A stretch of 62,412 bases of DNA, the filler included, from Stramenopiles sp. TOSAG23-6 (Eukaryota): NCBI GenBank assembly GCA_900128565.1. It is 18 parts of 18 records of this genome, joined end to end, with 100 filler letters (N's around TTAATTAATTAA, not from the genome) between each part and the next. Parts side by side here need not be neighbours in the genome. Positions count along the whole stretch, not along the records: positions 45,196 to 48,561 come from LT637537.1; positions 48,662 to 52,027 come from LT637538.1; positions 52,128 to 55,492 come from LT637539.1; positions 55,593 to 58,952 come from LT637540.1; 14 more parts are not named here. One strand, written 5' to 3'. Below the pieces are notes generated by a model, which was given only the letters and a program-made list of their open reading frames with translations, had not been told where the DNA came from and did no database searches. Shown one piece after another: positions 46,836 through 59,052 of this stretch. The position numbers and the translations under genes are program-made. Numbering within the stretch: the stretch's first letter is position 1; the number at the start of each line of letters is the position of its first letter.

Positions 46836-48561
46836 ATGATAGACCTACCAGAGATTAATCAAGTTTTGCATGTCGGTAGTACTTCGTGCTTGACAGGGAC
46901 GACATGTGCGGCTATGAATGATTTTGGTAATTTCCTTNTACAGTTTGAAAAAGACGTACAACTTCATACTTTTAGCAATTTTAAAGCTCTTTGGCGGGCA
47001 TCAAAATCTCTACAAGAAATCCACAATTGTTGTCCATCAAATCATTTTTCTTCTCCCAAAGACTATACTCAAGAAATCTTTGGAGCTGCGCTGCGTTTGA
47101 GTCGATCTACGTCACTAACGAGAAAACCAAGCGTTCAGTGGCAGGTGGGAATAGTTTATATACTTTTTGTCGTGTATAAGACGCAACGTCATACACCCAA
47201 GATACCAATACGAGTGACGCCAGGTATAATGAAGTCANTGTTATCGTTATATAAGGTTTTCCACTCAGGGATTTGTAAAGAAGCGACGGAAGATGTAAAA
47301 TATATTTTTAGAACACTTCTCCAAGATAATGCGTTTTCCTTATCTGCTTTTATTGGTGCTATGTTACCTTGTAATGCCCCTTGTGATAATGATTTCCCTG
47401 GAAGCGTTGGTGATACTGGTATAGATTATGAAGCATTTCGTTTTAGTGATGAAATCAAGNAATTGAAGTCTTCACGTACTAATAGAGGTTTTACAGCTGA
47501 TTCGTATAAAAATAGCATGTCTCTTCTGGGAATTGTTGATATTGAAACTATCAATGCTGCTACATCGGAATATACAAATGCACTGATACAATTAGAAAAG
47601 GCAAAAAATNCTGTNCATGTATCCAAACAACGCCGCAGTCCGTTTTTGCGTCGTTCTTCGTCAAAAGTTAGGAAAAAAGATAATTTACAATTTAGTAAAT
47701 CGAAGTTGATATTTACATCTATAAATGATTGCTTGATGAANAATGGGCTTTTAGTCAATAATTCTGAAGAAAANATGTGTAATATACCTAGTGTGAATCA
47801 TCTACATAGTGTTGATAGTCACATTGTATCGACTAATAATGAGGATGATAATTCGTGTTTCAAATCTACAAAGTTTGATGTTTCCTCTACATCACGAAAT
47901 CTAATGGGAAAAGGTCTGAAGAAAAGTAAACCTAAATTGTCTAAGCGTGAGAAGCGACAACTCCGTCTTTATGGAAATATTTCCGATGAAAGTTTCTCTG
48001 GTGAGGAGGATATTATAGAAAATAATATGAATGACGATATTATAGAAGATAATATGAATGAGGATAGTATAGAAAATAATATGAATGAGGATATTATAGA
48101 AAATAATATGAATGAGGATATTATAGAAAATAATATGAATGAGGATAGTATAGAAAATAATATGAATGAGGATATTATAGACAATAATATGAATGAGGAT
48201 GGTGGTTTGGAATATAGTTCTGATGATGACGAAGCTCTAACCGAAAGTTTATTTTCAACAGTAAAAAATACAAAATGTATTCAAAATTCGTACTCAAACA
48301 TTTCTGACCCTAACCCTAACCCTAACTCACATGATGATTTAGGATCGGATAATGGTTCAATGACTAGAGCAGATGATGTCAACATAACGGGAAATGATAC
48401 TCTACAAATTCATCATTCGTTGGACGTTACACGTAAACGGAATCATATGACTGCATTCACAGAAAGTGTAAAAAAACAGAGTAAAACAAAGCGTCACAAA
48501 AGTAAGGATAAAAAAATAGAAAAGAAAAGTAAATCAANTAGTTCTTCTACATCTAAAAAGC
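46836..48561 (+). CDS. SNAPC1: snRNA-activating protein complex subunit 1 (SNAP43)-like (3'-partial)
   Basis: FSNFKALWR..LQEIH and QVGIVYILFVVYKTQ...KIPIRVT resemble the SNAPc_SNAP43 domain, followed by a disordered tail. Confidence 0.65.
48007..48200 (+). repeat. 27-nt coding tandem repeat (EDIIENNMN, about 7 units)
   Basis: Repeated gaggatattatagaaaataatatgaat units. Confidence 0.9.
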
Positions 48562-48661
48562 NNNNNNNNNNNNNNNNNNNNNNNNNNNNNNNNNNNNNNN
48601 NNNNNTTAATTAATTAANNNNNNNNNNNNNNNNNNNNNNNNNNNNNNNNNNNNNNNNNNNN

Positions 48662-49960
48662 ATGGTCGTTAATGTCTTTCCAAATATTGTNAAAAAATAT
48701 TTTTTTTTTTTGGTTAAAAAAAACAAAAAAAACGTTAGGTACAACATTTGGTACGAAAAAATGTAGGTAAAACATTCAATTTTGAAAATGTACAAGTCCC
48801 ATCTCATCGGCTAAGATGGCACCTTGCCCCATATATTCTTTTACACCGCTCAGACATTCCCAAAGAAATTGAACATATTGTAAAAAAATATTTCAAAAAT
48901 TAAAATTTTGTTAGGTACAAAATTTTATACGAAAAAAAAAATATTTCAAAAAAAAAATTAAAATTTTCTTAGGTACAAAATTTCATACGAAAAAAACAAT
49001 TCGAAATTGAAAAGAAAACATACACACCTTCTATTTGATGTTGTTGTAAAATGTTTGATAGCCGATATTCAAGAATTGCACATTTTCCATTTTTCTCAAA
49101 TAATTTACCTTTTGAGGGCGTGTAATTTGCTTTTGTACAATGAATGCTTCCTAGTCCTGGATTTCTATTNATATTGTTTTTTCTTTTGTGTGGTGTTGTG
49201 ACACTGGTGTCTGTAGTTGCGAGAGTGTGAGAAAGTACAAAAAAATCGTTAGGTACAAAGTTTCGTACGAAAAATAAAAACATAAATTGAAAAAAAAAAT
49301 AAATTGCGAAATTCATGATGAAAGTGTACTTTTGTTAGGAAATGGATTTTGAAACTTGCGATTAAAATTAGATGTGTTTTTAATTTTCCCCACATTATTG
49401 TTATGAGAAGTATTCACATAATTTCCAATAAAAAACTTGCCACTGTTGAACTCTTCATCGGGTACTTGTCGAACGACTTCGGTTTCCCAATTTCCAACAC
49501 CTAGAGTTTCACCTTCTTTCATTAGTTGAAATTTGAAACGAGTGACGGCCACACTTTTCCCATTCATATTCCGCAGTTCAGCACGATTCTTTGAATTCAA
49601 AATAAGAACACCGTCCATGTATGTCTTATGCTTCTTTTTAGAATATTTACAGTACAATACCTCATAGTATTTCTTGACAACTGGAGCACTAGTAATCTTG
49701 TTTATTGTACCATTTGATTTAGTCATACTCGGCGGAACAAATTTGCTTCGCTTTCTACTCACACGTTTTAATATTGTCTTGGNTTCAGAAANAATTGTAG
49801 TGTGAGTGGTTTTCGTGTTGGTACTTCTATTTTCTTTCGAGCAAGCTGTAGAAGATACATTTTTAGNTGCTTGTACAACATTTGGATTTGAAANTCTTGG
49901 TGCCTGAAATGTACTTCGTGATCTACCAAAGCGGCGTCTTTTTAGACCAGATGGATTCAT
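48662..49960 (-). CDS. RAD54B: RAD54B-like, redundant contig copy
   Basis: Same sequence as 45196-46494 at offset 3466. Confidence 0.75.
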
Positions 49961-50301
49961 TGATTTATACTAATATATATTGTGCTCATTCATTCGATCA
50001 CTTTAAGAATCGGATCTGATTTCATCACATGACATTGTATCAACATTGTAAATAGATAAAGCAAATGACATTGTAGAGAGAGAGAATCAGAGAGTTTTGA
50101 ATCAAATCTGACTGACAAAAAAATGAGATTTCGTGTTGTAGCGCTGAGAGTTGACTTGCAATGCCATCAATATCGGCCACGTTCATCATACTACGAAGAA
50201 ACCATGCACGCGTGTNTTNCNTNCAGTAGAATGATGTGTAATGTATTATGCACAANTTTNCCCNTTATACGCATATAATTAATATAAATTAAGCGTATGA
50301 G

Positions 50302-52027
50302 ATGATAGACCTACCAGAGATTAATCAAGTTTTGCATGTCGGTAGTACTTCGTGCTTGACAGGGACGACATGTGCGGCTATGAATGATTTTGGTAATTTC
50401 CTTNTACAGTTTGAAAAAGACGTACAACTTCATACTTTTAGCAATTTTAAAGCTCTTTGGCGGGCATCAAAATCTCTACAAGAAATCCACAATTGTTGTC
50501 CATCAAATCATTTTTCTTCTCCCAAAGACTATACTCAAGAAATCTTTGGAGCTGCGCTGCGTTTGAGTCGATCTACGTCACTAACGAGAAAACCAAGCGT
50601 TCAGTGGCAGGTGGGAATAGTTTATATACTTTTTGTCGTGTATAAGACGCAACGTCATACACCCAAGATACCAATACGAGTGACGCCAGGTATAATGAAG
50701 TCANTGTTATCGTTATATAAGGTTTTCCACTCAGGGATTTGTAAAGAAGCGACGGAAGATGTAAAATATATTTTTAGAACACTTCTCCAAGATAATGCGT
50801 TTTCCTTATCTGCTTTTATTGGTGCTATGTTACCTTGTAATGCCCCTTGTGATAATGATTTCCCTGGAAGCGTTGGTGATACTGGTATAGATTATGAAGC
50901 ATTTCGTTTTAGTGATGAAATCAAGNAATTGAAGTCTTCACGTACTAATAGAGGTTTTACAGCTGATTCGTATAAAAATAGCATGTCTCTTCTGGGAATT
51001 GTTGATATTGAAACTATCAATGCTGCTACATCGGAATATACAAATGCACTGATACAATTAGAAAAGGCAAAAAATNCTGTNCATGTATCCAAACAACGCC
51101 GCAGTCCGTTTTTGCGTCGTTCTTCGTCAAAAGTTAGGAAAAAAGATAATTTACAATTTAGTAAATCGAAGTTGATATTTACATCTATAAATGATTGCTT
51201 GATGAANAATGGGCTTTTAGTCAATAATTCTGAAGAAAANATGTGTAATATACCTAGTGTGAATCATCTACATAGTGTTGATAGTCACATTGTATCGACT
51301 AATAATGAGGATGATAATTCGTGTTTCAAATCTACAAAGTTTGATGTTTCCTCTACATCACGAAATCTAATGGGAAAAGGTCTGAAGAAAAGTAAACCTA
51401 AATTGTCTAAGCGTGAGAAGCGACAACTCCGTCTTTATGGAAATATTTCCGATGAAAGTTTCTCTGGTGAGGAGGATATTATAGAAAATAATATGAATGA
51501 CGATATTATAGAAGATAATATGAATGAGGATAGTATAGAAAATAATATGAATGAGGATATTATAGAAAATAATATGAATGAGGATATTATAGAAAATAAT
51601 ATGAATGAGGATAGTATAGAAAATAATATGAATGAGGATATTATAGACAATAATATGAATGAGGATGGTGGTTTGGAATATAGTTCTGATGATGACGAAG
51701 CTCTAACCGAAAGTTTATTTTCAACAGTAAAAAATACAAAATGTATTCAAAATTCGTACTCAAACATTTCTGACCCTAACCCTAACCCTAACTCACATGA
51801 TGATTTAGGATCGGATAATGGTTCAATGACTAGAGCAGATGATGTCAACATAACGGGAAATGATACTCTACAAATTCATCATTCGTTGGACGTTACACGT
51901 AAACGGAATCATATGACTGCATTCACAGAAAGTGTAAAAAAACAGAGTAAAACAAAGCGTCACAAAAGTAAGGATAAAAAAATAGAAAAGAAAAGTAAAT
52001 CAANTAGTTCTTCTACATCTAAAAAGC
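50302..52027 (+). CDS. SNAPC1: SNAPC1-like, redundant contig copy
   Basis: Same sequence as 46836-48561 at offset 3466. Confidence 0.6.
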
Positions 52028-52213
52028 NNNNNNNNNNNNNNNNNNNNNNNNNNNNNNNNNNNNNNNNNNNNTTAATTAATTAANNNNNNNNNNNNNNNNN
52101 NNNNNNNNNNNNNNNNNNNNNNNNNNNAAAAAAAATTTTTTTTTTGGTTATGTAAAAAATTTTGTATTAAAAAAAAAAAAAAAAAAAAAAGAAAATCACT
52201 TTGGAAAACGTAC

Positions 52214-52347
52214 AGAATGGCTGACATTGCTGCATACCAAGCAATGATAAACATTAGGGAGCAACAAACAAGAACACCAAGCATTGCTGTAGTCCAATGG
52301 AAATAATGCCATCTTGGTCTAAAGCCTGGCGATTTTAAAAGTGAAAG
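52214..52347 (-). CDS. Internal exon of an SLC12 cation-chloride cotransporter
   Basis: Translates LSLLKSPGFRPRWHYFHWTTAMLGVLVCCSLMFIIAWYAA, the SPG[FW]RP..YxxW..LG...C..MF..W motif of SLC12. Flanked by family-type acceptor and donor sites. Confidence 0.75.
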
Positions 52348-52470
52348 AATATTTTGTGAAAAAATTGCACTAAAAAAAAATATTTTTTTTTGTTAGGTAC
52401 GAAATTTACTACAAAAAAAAAAAAAAAAAAAAAAAATAGACAACAGAATAATATTGAATATTCAACGTAT

Positions 52471-52929
52471 AAGCTTTTTCGACCGTACAGCTTCACGAAG
52501 CTTACAATATGCCACATCAAAACGTCGTTGAAAGCCACACATAAGTTGAACTCCTGCTTCTTCACAAATATCGAAAGCATTATAAATACTTGACACAGTC
52601 TCAGATACTGGTTTTTCCGTAAATATCGCTTTTCCATACTTTGCTGCTACTTTGATTAAAGATACATGATATATCGTAGGCGTCGTTATACACACAAGAT
52701 TGATTTGAGAACCTTCTTTTCGAGTAGAATCAAGTTCGAGACATGCTTCTAAAGAAGTATTCCAAGAACAAGAATATTTTTCTGCCATTTGTTGAGCTGC
52801 TTCTTCAACTACATCGACAATACTTACAATCTTACTTTGTGGATGATTAAAGAAAAGAGGTGCACGCAATTTTCCCATCCGGCCAGTTCCGACAAGACAG
52901 ACTCCACAAACTTCATTGACTTTCGACAT
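52471..52929 (-). CDS. Gfo/Idh/MocA (inositol 2-dehydrogenase-like) oxidoreductase, N-terminal NAD-binding half only
   Basis: GVCLVGTGRMG Rossmann motif, ITTPTIYH, FTEKP and MCGFQRRFD; the C-terminal domain is absent. Confidence 0.85.
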
Positions 52930-53168
52930 TTGTTAGTCTAGAAAATATTTAATAAAGAAAGAAATATTTATTCATTCAATGAAAGAATGACTATATAAAA
53001 TCTTATTCTCCCTTGTAAATAAATTAAATTGTCCAAAAATACGAAGAGGTAGCATTAAAAAATATCAAAATTTTGATATTTGACCGAGGTCAAAAATGAC
53101 GTCATTTCCGAATTGAATCTTTACAAAAAGATGGAAAAAAATCAAATTTAAATTTTATTATTTCAAAT

Positions 53169-55244
53169 CTAATTAAAATCAGAAATATTAAATGTATTTA
53201 TGAGATACTCTAGCATTGCTTGTGCATCTTCATTACCAGCTTTAGCCGATTTAGTAAACCATTTTTCAGCTTCTTTTCTATCTACAGCAACACCATCACC
53301 AAAAAAATAACAATTACCAATCTTATATTGTGCGTCACTATTACCAGCATTAGCCGATTTCATACACCACTTGAAACCTTCTTCGTAGTCTTGAGCAACA
53401 CCATCACCACGTAGATAGCATTCACCAAGACTATTTTGTCCATGACTATTACCTGCATTTGCAGATTTAGCATACCACTTGAAAGCTTCTGTTTTGTCTA
53501 CAGCAACACCATGACCACTAAAATAACAATAACCAAGATTATTTTGTCCCATACTATGACCAGCATTAGCGGATTTAGTATACCACTTGAAAGCTTCTTT
53601 TTTATCTTCAGCAACACCATCACCATTTTCATAGCAATAACCAAGATTGTTTTGTGCATCACAATTATCTGAATTAGCAGATTTAGTATACCACTTGAAA
53701 GCTTCTTTTTTATCTACAGCAACACCATCACCAAAAAAATAACAATTACCAAGACTATTTTGTGCATTACTCTTACCGGAATTAGCTGATTTAGTATACC
53801 ATTTGAAAGCTTCTTTTTTATCTTCAGCAACACCATTACCATAAAAATAACAATTACCAAGACAATTTTGTCCAATGCTATTACCTGCAGTTGCAGATTT
53901 CGTATACCACTTGAAAGCTTCTTCTTTGTCTTCAGCAACACCAACACCATTTTCATAACATAAACCAAGACTATTTTGTCCATTGCTATTACCTAAATTA
54001 GCAGATTTTGTATACCACTTGAAAGCTTCTTTTTTGTCTTGAGCAACACCATGACCAATATCATAACAACAACCAATTTCACTTTGAGCATAACTATAAT
54101 CACTATTATCCATAAACATCTTAAATGTTTTTTTATCATCATGTTTATAACCATTCCAACCACCATATGTACATACTGCAATAGCTGTTGGAAAACCAGC
54201 AATAGCAGCAGATTCAATCATTATTTGTCCATTCTCTTGATCAATTTTCTGAAAGTCCTCGCCCCAGTATTTGGCATAACCAAGTTCAAATAAATTCTGT
54301 GCACCTTTATTTTCAATCTTTTGACGTTTCACTGCACTATTAGATGATGATGAACTCGATTTTCGTTTTTTTTCACTACTACTACTATTTGATACTTCAG
54401 GTGGTACATTCTCATCAACGGTATCCTTAAATGATTCCAATGAAGCAGATAGTATTTTCTCCTCTTCTTGAAATGTTTTGGTCAACTTTTTTAAACCATT
54501 TAAACGATCAGTTTGTTTCTTTTGAACTTCAACAATTTTTTTATATTCATTTTCAGCATCTACAATAGCACTCTTTATCTTTTCCATATTTTGTTTTGCA
54601 GCCTCAAGTTGTTTTTCTGCTTCTGGTAACTTTGTCTTTGCATTTTCAACTGCATCTTCTGCTATCTTGACTTTATTTATTTTTTCTTCTTCTTCATCTT
54701 TAATTTTACCTTCTAAAACAACAACAGATTCTTCATTGACTTTTCTCATTTGTTTTATTTTTGAAATCTGTAAAAGCCGTTTATCATTTTTCTCTTTACA
54801 TACAATAGATAATGTATCCAATGCAGATTCAACATCAGTTGTAAAAGTATTAGTATTTGTAAAAAATACTTTCAACATATTCAGACGTGACTTTTCGACA
54901 CAAGCATCAGACTGTGTGACCAACTCTATCATCTGTCTAATCACTGCAATTATGCCTTTTGGAGAGGTTGGTTGGTGACATTGTCGCCACAATAGATCTA
55001 TATTATTGTTATGTTTCGCTTGCTGTTCTCTCCATTCAATACACTGGGATTTACAATTGAAGTTCGTCACAAGGTTTGTATTAGGCAACACTTTGTTTGT
55101 TAAAGGTGAAGTATTTTTTGTACGAAAGTGTTGCATGATTGCCTCTCGTTCATATGTGCGACCATCTGCAGCAACGACAGGATCTTTGTATATATCGTGT
55201 GTAATTGGACACATTAAGTTATCAGGCACATCATTGTTTGTCAT
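53169..55244 (-). CDS. U-box + coiled-coil + Sel1-repeat protein
   Basis: U-box (CPITHDIYKDPVVAADGRTYEREAI..SPLTN) and about eight 36-aa Sel1 repeats (AQNSLGNCYFFGDGVAVDKKEAFKWYTKSA). Confidence 0.92.
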   Translation of the reverse strand: MTNNDVPDNLMCPITHDIYKDPVVAADGRTYEREAIMQHFRTKNTSPLTNKVLPNTNLVTNFNCKSQCIEWREQQAKHNNNIDLLWRQCHQPTSPKGIIAVIRQMIELVTQSDACVEKSRLNMLKVFFTNTNTFTTDVESALDTLSIVCKEKNDKRLLQISKIKQMRKVNEESVVVLEGKIKDEEEEKINKVKIAEDAVENAKTKLPEAEKQLEAAKQNMEKIKSAIVDAENEYKKIVEVQKKQTDRLNGLKKLTKTFQEEEKILSASLESFKDTVDENVPPEVSNSSSSEKKRKSSSSSSNSAVKRQKIENKGAQNLFELGYAKYWGEDFQKIDQENGQIMIESAAIAGFPTAIAVCTYGGWNGYKHDDKKTFKMFMDNSDYSYAQSEIGCCYDIGHGVAQDKKEAFKWYTKSANLGNSNGQNSLGLCYENGVGVAEDKEEAFKWYTKSATAGNSIGQNCLGNCYFYGNGVAEDKKEAFKWYTKSANSGKSNAQNSLGNCYFFGDGVAVDKKEAFKWYTKSANSDNCDAQNNLGYCYENGDGVAEDKKEAFKWYTKSANAGHSMGQNNLGYCYFSGHGVAVDKTEAFKWYAKSANAGNSHGQNSLGECYLRGDGVAQDYEEGFKWCMKSANAGNSDAQYKIGNCYFFGDGVAVDRKEAEKWFTKSAKAGNEDAQAMLEYLINTFNISDFN

Positions 55245-55592
55245 TATCTCAAAATTACTTGAATATTATTTTAGAGAAAGAGACACTATTATAGATTAGA
55301 CTTTTGACTTGTAGTAGGTACGAAGAAGTACTTTTCAGTTTTGACACGTGCTCGTCGAAAAAATATTATTACCCGGTTCACTCAATTTTTGTAATATTTT
55401 TATGACGTCGTCACTGGTCAAGTCTCTCAACAAGGTTATAGAATTGGGAAGGAATGACACGAAATTTGAAAAAAAAAAAATAATTCACCTACNNNNNNNN
55501 NNNNNNNNNNNNNNNNNNNNNNNNNNNNNNNNNNNNTTAATTAATTAANNNNNNNNNNNNNNNNNNNNNNNNNNNNNNNNNNNNNNNNNNNN

Positions 55593-58500
55593 AGCAATTC
55601 ATCATTTTTAAGAGCAATGCGAGTATTCGGACTTGAAAAATCATTAAATAGAAGCTGAGTTGTTGTGACATTTGATAATATACCCACAAATGAATAGCTT
55701 GTTGAAGAACTTGAAGTGTTTCGAGTGTAAACCCTATCACCAGTATCAAAAATATTCATTGCTCCGTTCCCTTTAATTGTAATTTTTTTGGCTCCACTAT
55801 TTGCTGCTTCATCCACTCGCAAACCAGTGTTGGAGTCATTTATTGGATTTGTAGGATCTACCACCACATCATTTAGTCCATCGCATGAGTATTTAAATTT
55901 TCCTTCCTCACAGTAATAACCAGCTGGGCATTTTTGTGGTTCAACATTACTACCTGGGCAATACCAAGCAGTTTCAGCATTCTGTAAGGAAGAATCTGGA
56001 TTTGACGAGTCCCAGATGCATGATTTCTTTTGCGTGGGAGTAGGACAGTACCAGCCAGCTGGGCAAGTATTGCTTTTAAAAGAGCCTTCTGGACAAAAAC
56101 TACCTACTATAGTGCATTCTATCTGCTCTGTAGCCGTTGGGCAATAATGACCACTCAGACAAAGGTTTGGCGACATAGTTCCACTGGGGCAGAAATATCC
56201 AATATTGTCATAGTCGGTTATTGGGTTAGACAAATCTACAGGATCATCAATTGGTGCAGAACAAGAATACTTAAATTTGCCCTCTTCACAGTAAAATCCT
56301 TCAGGGCACATCTGAGGATAATCATTTCCACCTGAACAAAGCCAAGCGGTGGTGGAGTTTATCAGAGTCTGATCAACATTATTTGTGTTCCAAACACACG
56401 ACTTCCTTGTTTTTGCTCCTGGGCAATACGAACCTGGTGGACACTTTGTCATATCCTTACTACCACTTGGACAGTAGTACGCTGAGCCATCATAAATTTC
56501 TCCCCGCTTAACTGCATTATCCATTGAATTATATGGATAATCTGACCACACACCAACCATATTCCCAGGGTCTCCAATAGTTGTACACGAGTTTTCATTT
56601 ATTCTAGCAGGATACCATGTACCAGGCGGATCTAGGGTTTCACAGTCAGACTTTGAAGTACGTTCTGGTAATGTTTTTACAGTGGCATCATCAATACATG
56701 TATCGATATCAACATTAATGTTTCCTATCATACATCCTGAAAAAGGATATGCGCATGAATATTGATACTTGCCATCTTTACAATAAAATCCTTCGGGGCA
56801 TCTTTTAAAGTTTTTTGATCCTACAGGGCAAATGTAGGCAGTTCCATCATATACGCCACCACGAGAAATAATTCCATTACTAGCGTCATATAGTGAACCC
56901 GACCAAGTGCCAGTGCTGTTATTAGGCTCACTCTTCGAAATACATTCAGCTTCATTTGATCGTGCAGGATACCATATACCTGAAGGGTTGTTATTAATGC
57001 ATGAAGTCTTATTTGAATGGGGCAAAATATCAACACCATTGCTTGAGATACACGTTGCAACATCAACATTGACATTTCCAACCATACACCCTGAAAATGG
57101 ATATTTACATGAATATTGAAACTTTCCATCTTCACAATAAAAACCAGCAATACATTGTTCTGCGCTTGAAGAGCCTTCGGGGCAGAAATACCCTGTTACA
57201 CGTGCATCCTCAAAAGAGATAGGGTTAGTCAAATCATAATTTGGTGCATCTAGTGATGGATCAGCACAATTATATTTTTTCTTTCCGTCTTCACAGTAGT
57301 AACCAGCTGTACAAAGCTTTGGTGATTTTGTACCTTGAGGGCAATAGAATCCCAAACTATAATCAAGGATTGCTTTATCTGGATCACCAATCGCAGTTAT
57401 AATAGCACTCTCGCCGCTACCCTGGCCTACAACTCCTATAGCAAAAGTTATTTCCTCGCCCACAGAATAGCCCATACCGCGATTTGACGGATTTACTGAA
57501 CATTGGATAATATCCCCATCTTTTGATATCACAACATCAAATTTTGCACCTGATCCACTTTTACTTGAAACCGAGGAAACCGATGTATATGACCCTGGAA
57601 CATAATTTGTTGAAACGCCACTACAAGATACAGAAGCAGCATTTGATTCTGCATTACTACAACTGTACTTAAACTTTCCTTCGCGACAGTAATACCCTTC
57701 AGGACACAATTCAGGGCTAGTACTTCCACCCCCACAGTAAAATTTGTCAATACATTTAGTTTGGACATGACCCTCCTCGCAGTAAAAGCCAATAGGACAT
57801 TCAATGATAATCGGACCTGAAAATTTATTTGTTATTTCATCCCCACTTCCTTCACCACATATCCAAGATTTATCCTGTCCACCTTCTGTTACTTTTCCAG
57901 CAGCAAGTGGGCTACATATCGTTTCACTTATTCCAACTGGACATTTGCCATATATACAACTAACAGCTTTAGTCGACCCCTCACTGCAAAATGTACCTGT
58001 AGGACAAGTTGTACATACATTTTGGCCAATTTCATTGTTATATTTTCCTTGCTCACAACTTCGACATATATCTATACCATGACAAAGGCCCTTCCAACGA
58101 CAACCAGGAGTTTCTTTACACTTGGACATTCCATCTACGTCTTTGTACATATTGATATTACCACAAATTTCATTTTTATCTAGAGCTGTTCCAACACAAG
58201 ACCCGTGAATCCAAATACGAGAAATATTGGGGGTGATATTGTCAGAGTCATGATCCCATTCCCCTTTACAACTATCTATAGTATTATGAGATTTATCTGA
58301 GCATCCTGGCTGAGTCCGCCATTCACAATTGGATACCTCGCAGTCACTCTGAGACGTCAAGTAACCACATTTTTCAGTCCACTTTCCCGTTAAAGCTTCA
58401 CGACAGCCCAACCAGTCACAATCACCTTTACACATTGTTTCCGTTGTTTCCCCTATATCCATAATTTTAATCTTAATTAATCCATTAAAATTATTATTTG

Positions 58501-58952
58501 CATCGCCCGCTTCAAGAATGTCACCTACACTATATCCATCTCCAGTACTACTGACGTTACAAGAGCTAATCTTGCCGCCACTTATAGTGACGTTCACTGT
58601 AGCACTTTTACCAGCACAACCATTGTCATTGAAACTTGATCTACAAATAGTTTGTACAGATAGATACGTACCATCATTCAATTCCTTTGAGTCGCTGAGG
58701 CAAATAATTGAAACAATACCAGAAGGCATTTGTGAACATTGATTAAAATGATACTGCCCAGTTTGACAAATCTGCATTGGAAAAATTGCAGAACTGGTAC
58801 CTATACTGTTTGCAGCTTCTATATTTACTGAGTATTTATCGGCTGTACTGACAGAAATATCATAAATCTCAGAAGAGCCTACTTCGCACAGGGAAGATTC
58901 ATTGTTGTATGCTAAATCACATCCGTTTCCTACTATTGAACTACACGGCATA
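55593..58952 (-). CDS. Very large Cys-rich repeat (GCC2/GCC3-like CPxGxYC) surface-type protein, internal fragment, variant 1
   Basis: Frame open across the whole contig, with many CPxG[FY]YC repeats. Confidence 0.85.
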
Positions 58953-59052
58953 NNNNNNNNNNNNNNNNNNNNNNNNNNNNNNNNNNNNNNNNNNNNTTAA
59001 TTAATTAANNNNNNNNNNNNNNNNNNNNNNNNNNNNNNNNNNNNNNNNNNNN

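Noticed and set aside
53169-54100. 108-nt periodic repeats as a non-coding array
   Set aside because: They are the coding Sel1 repeats of the U-box protein.
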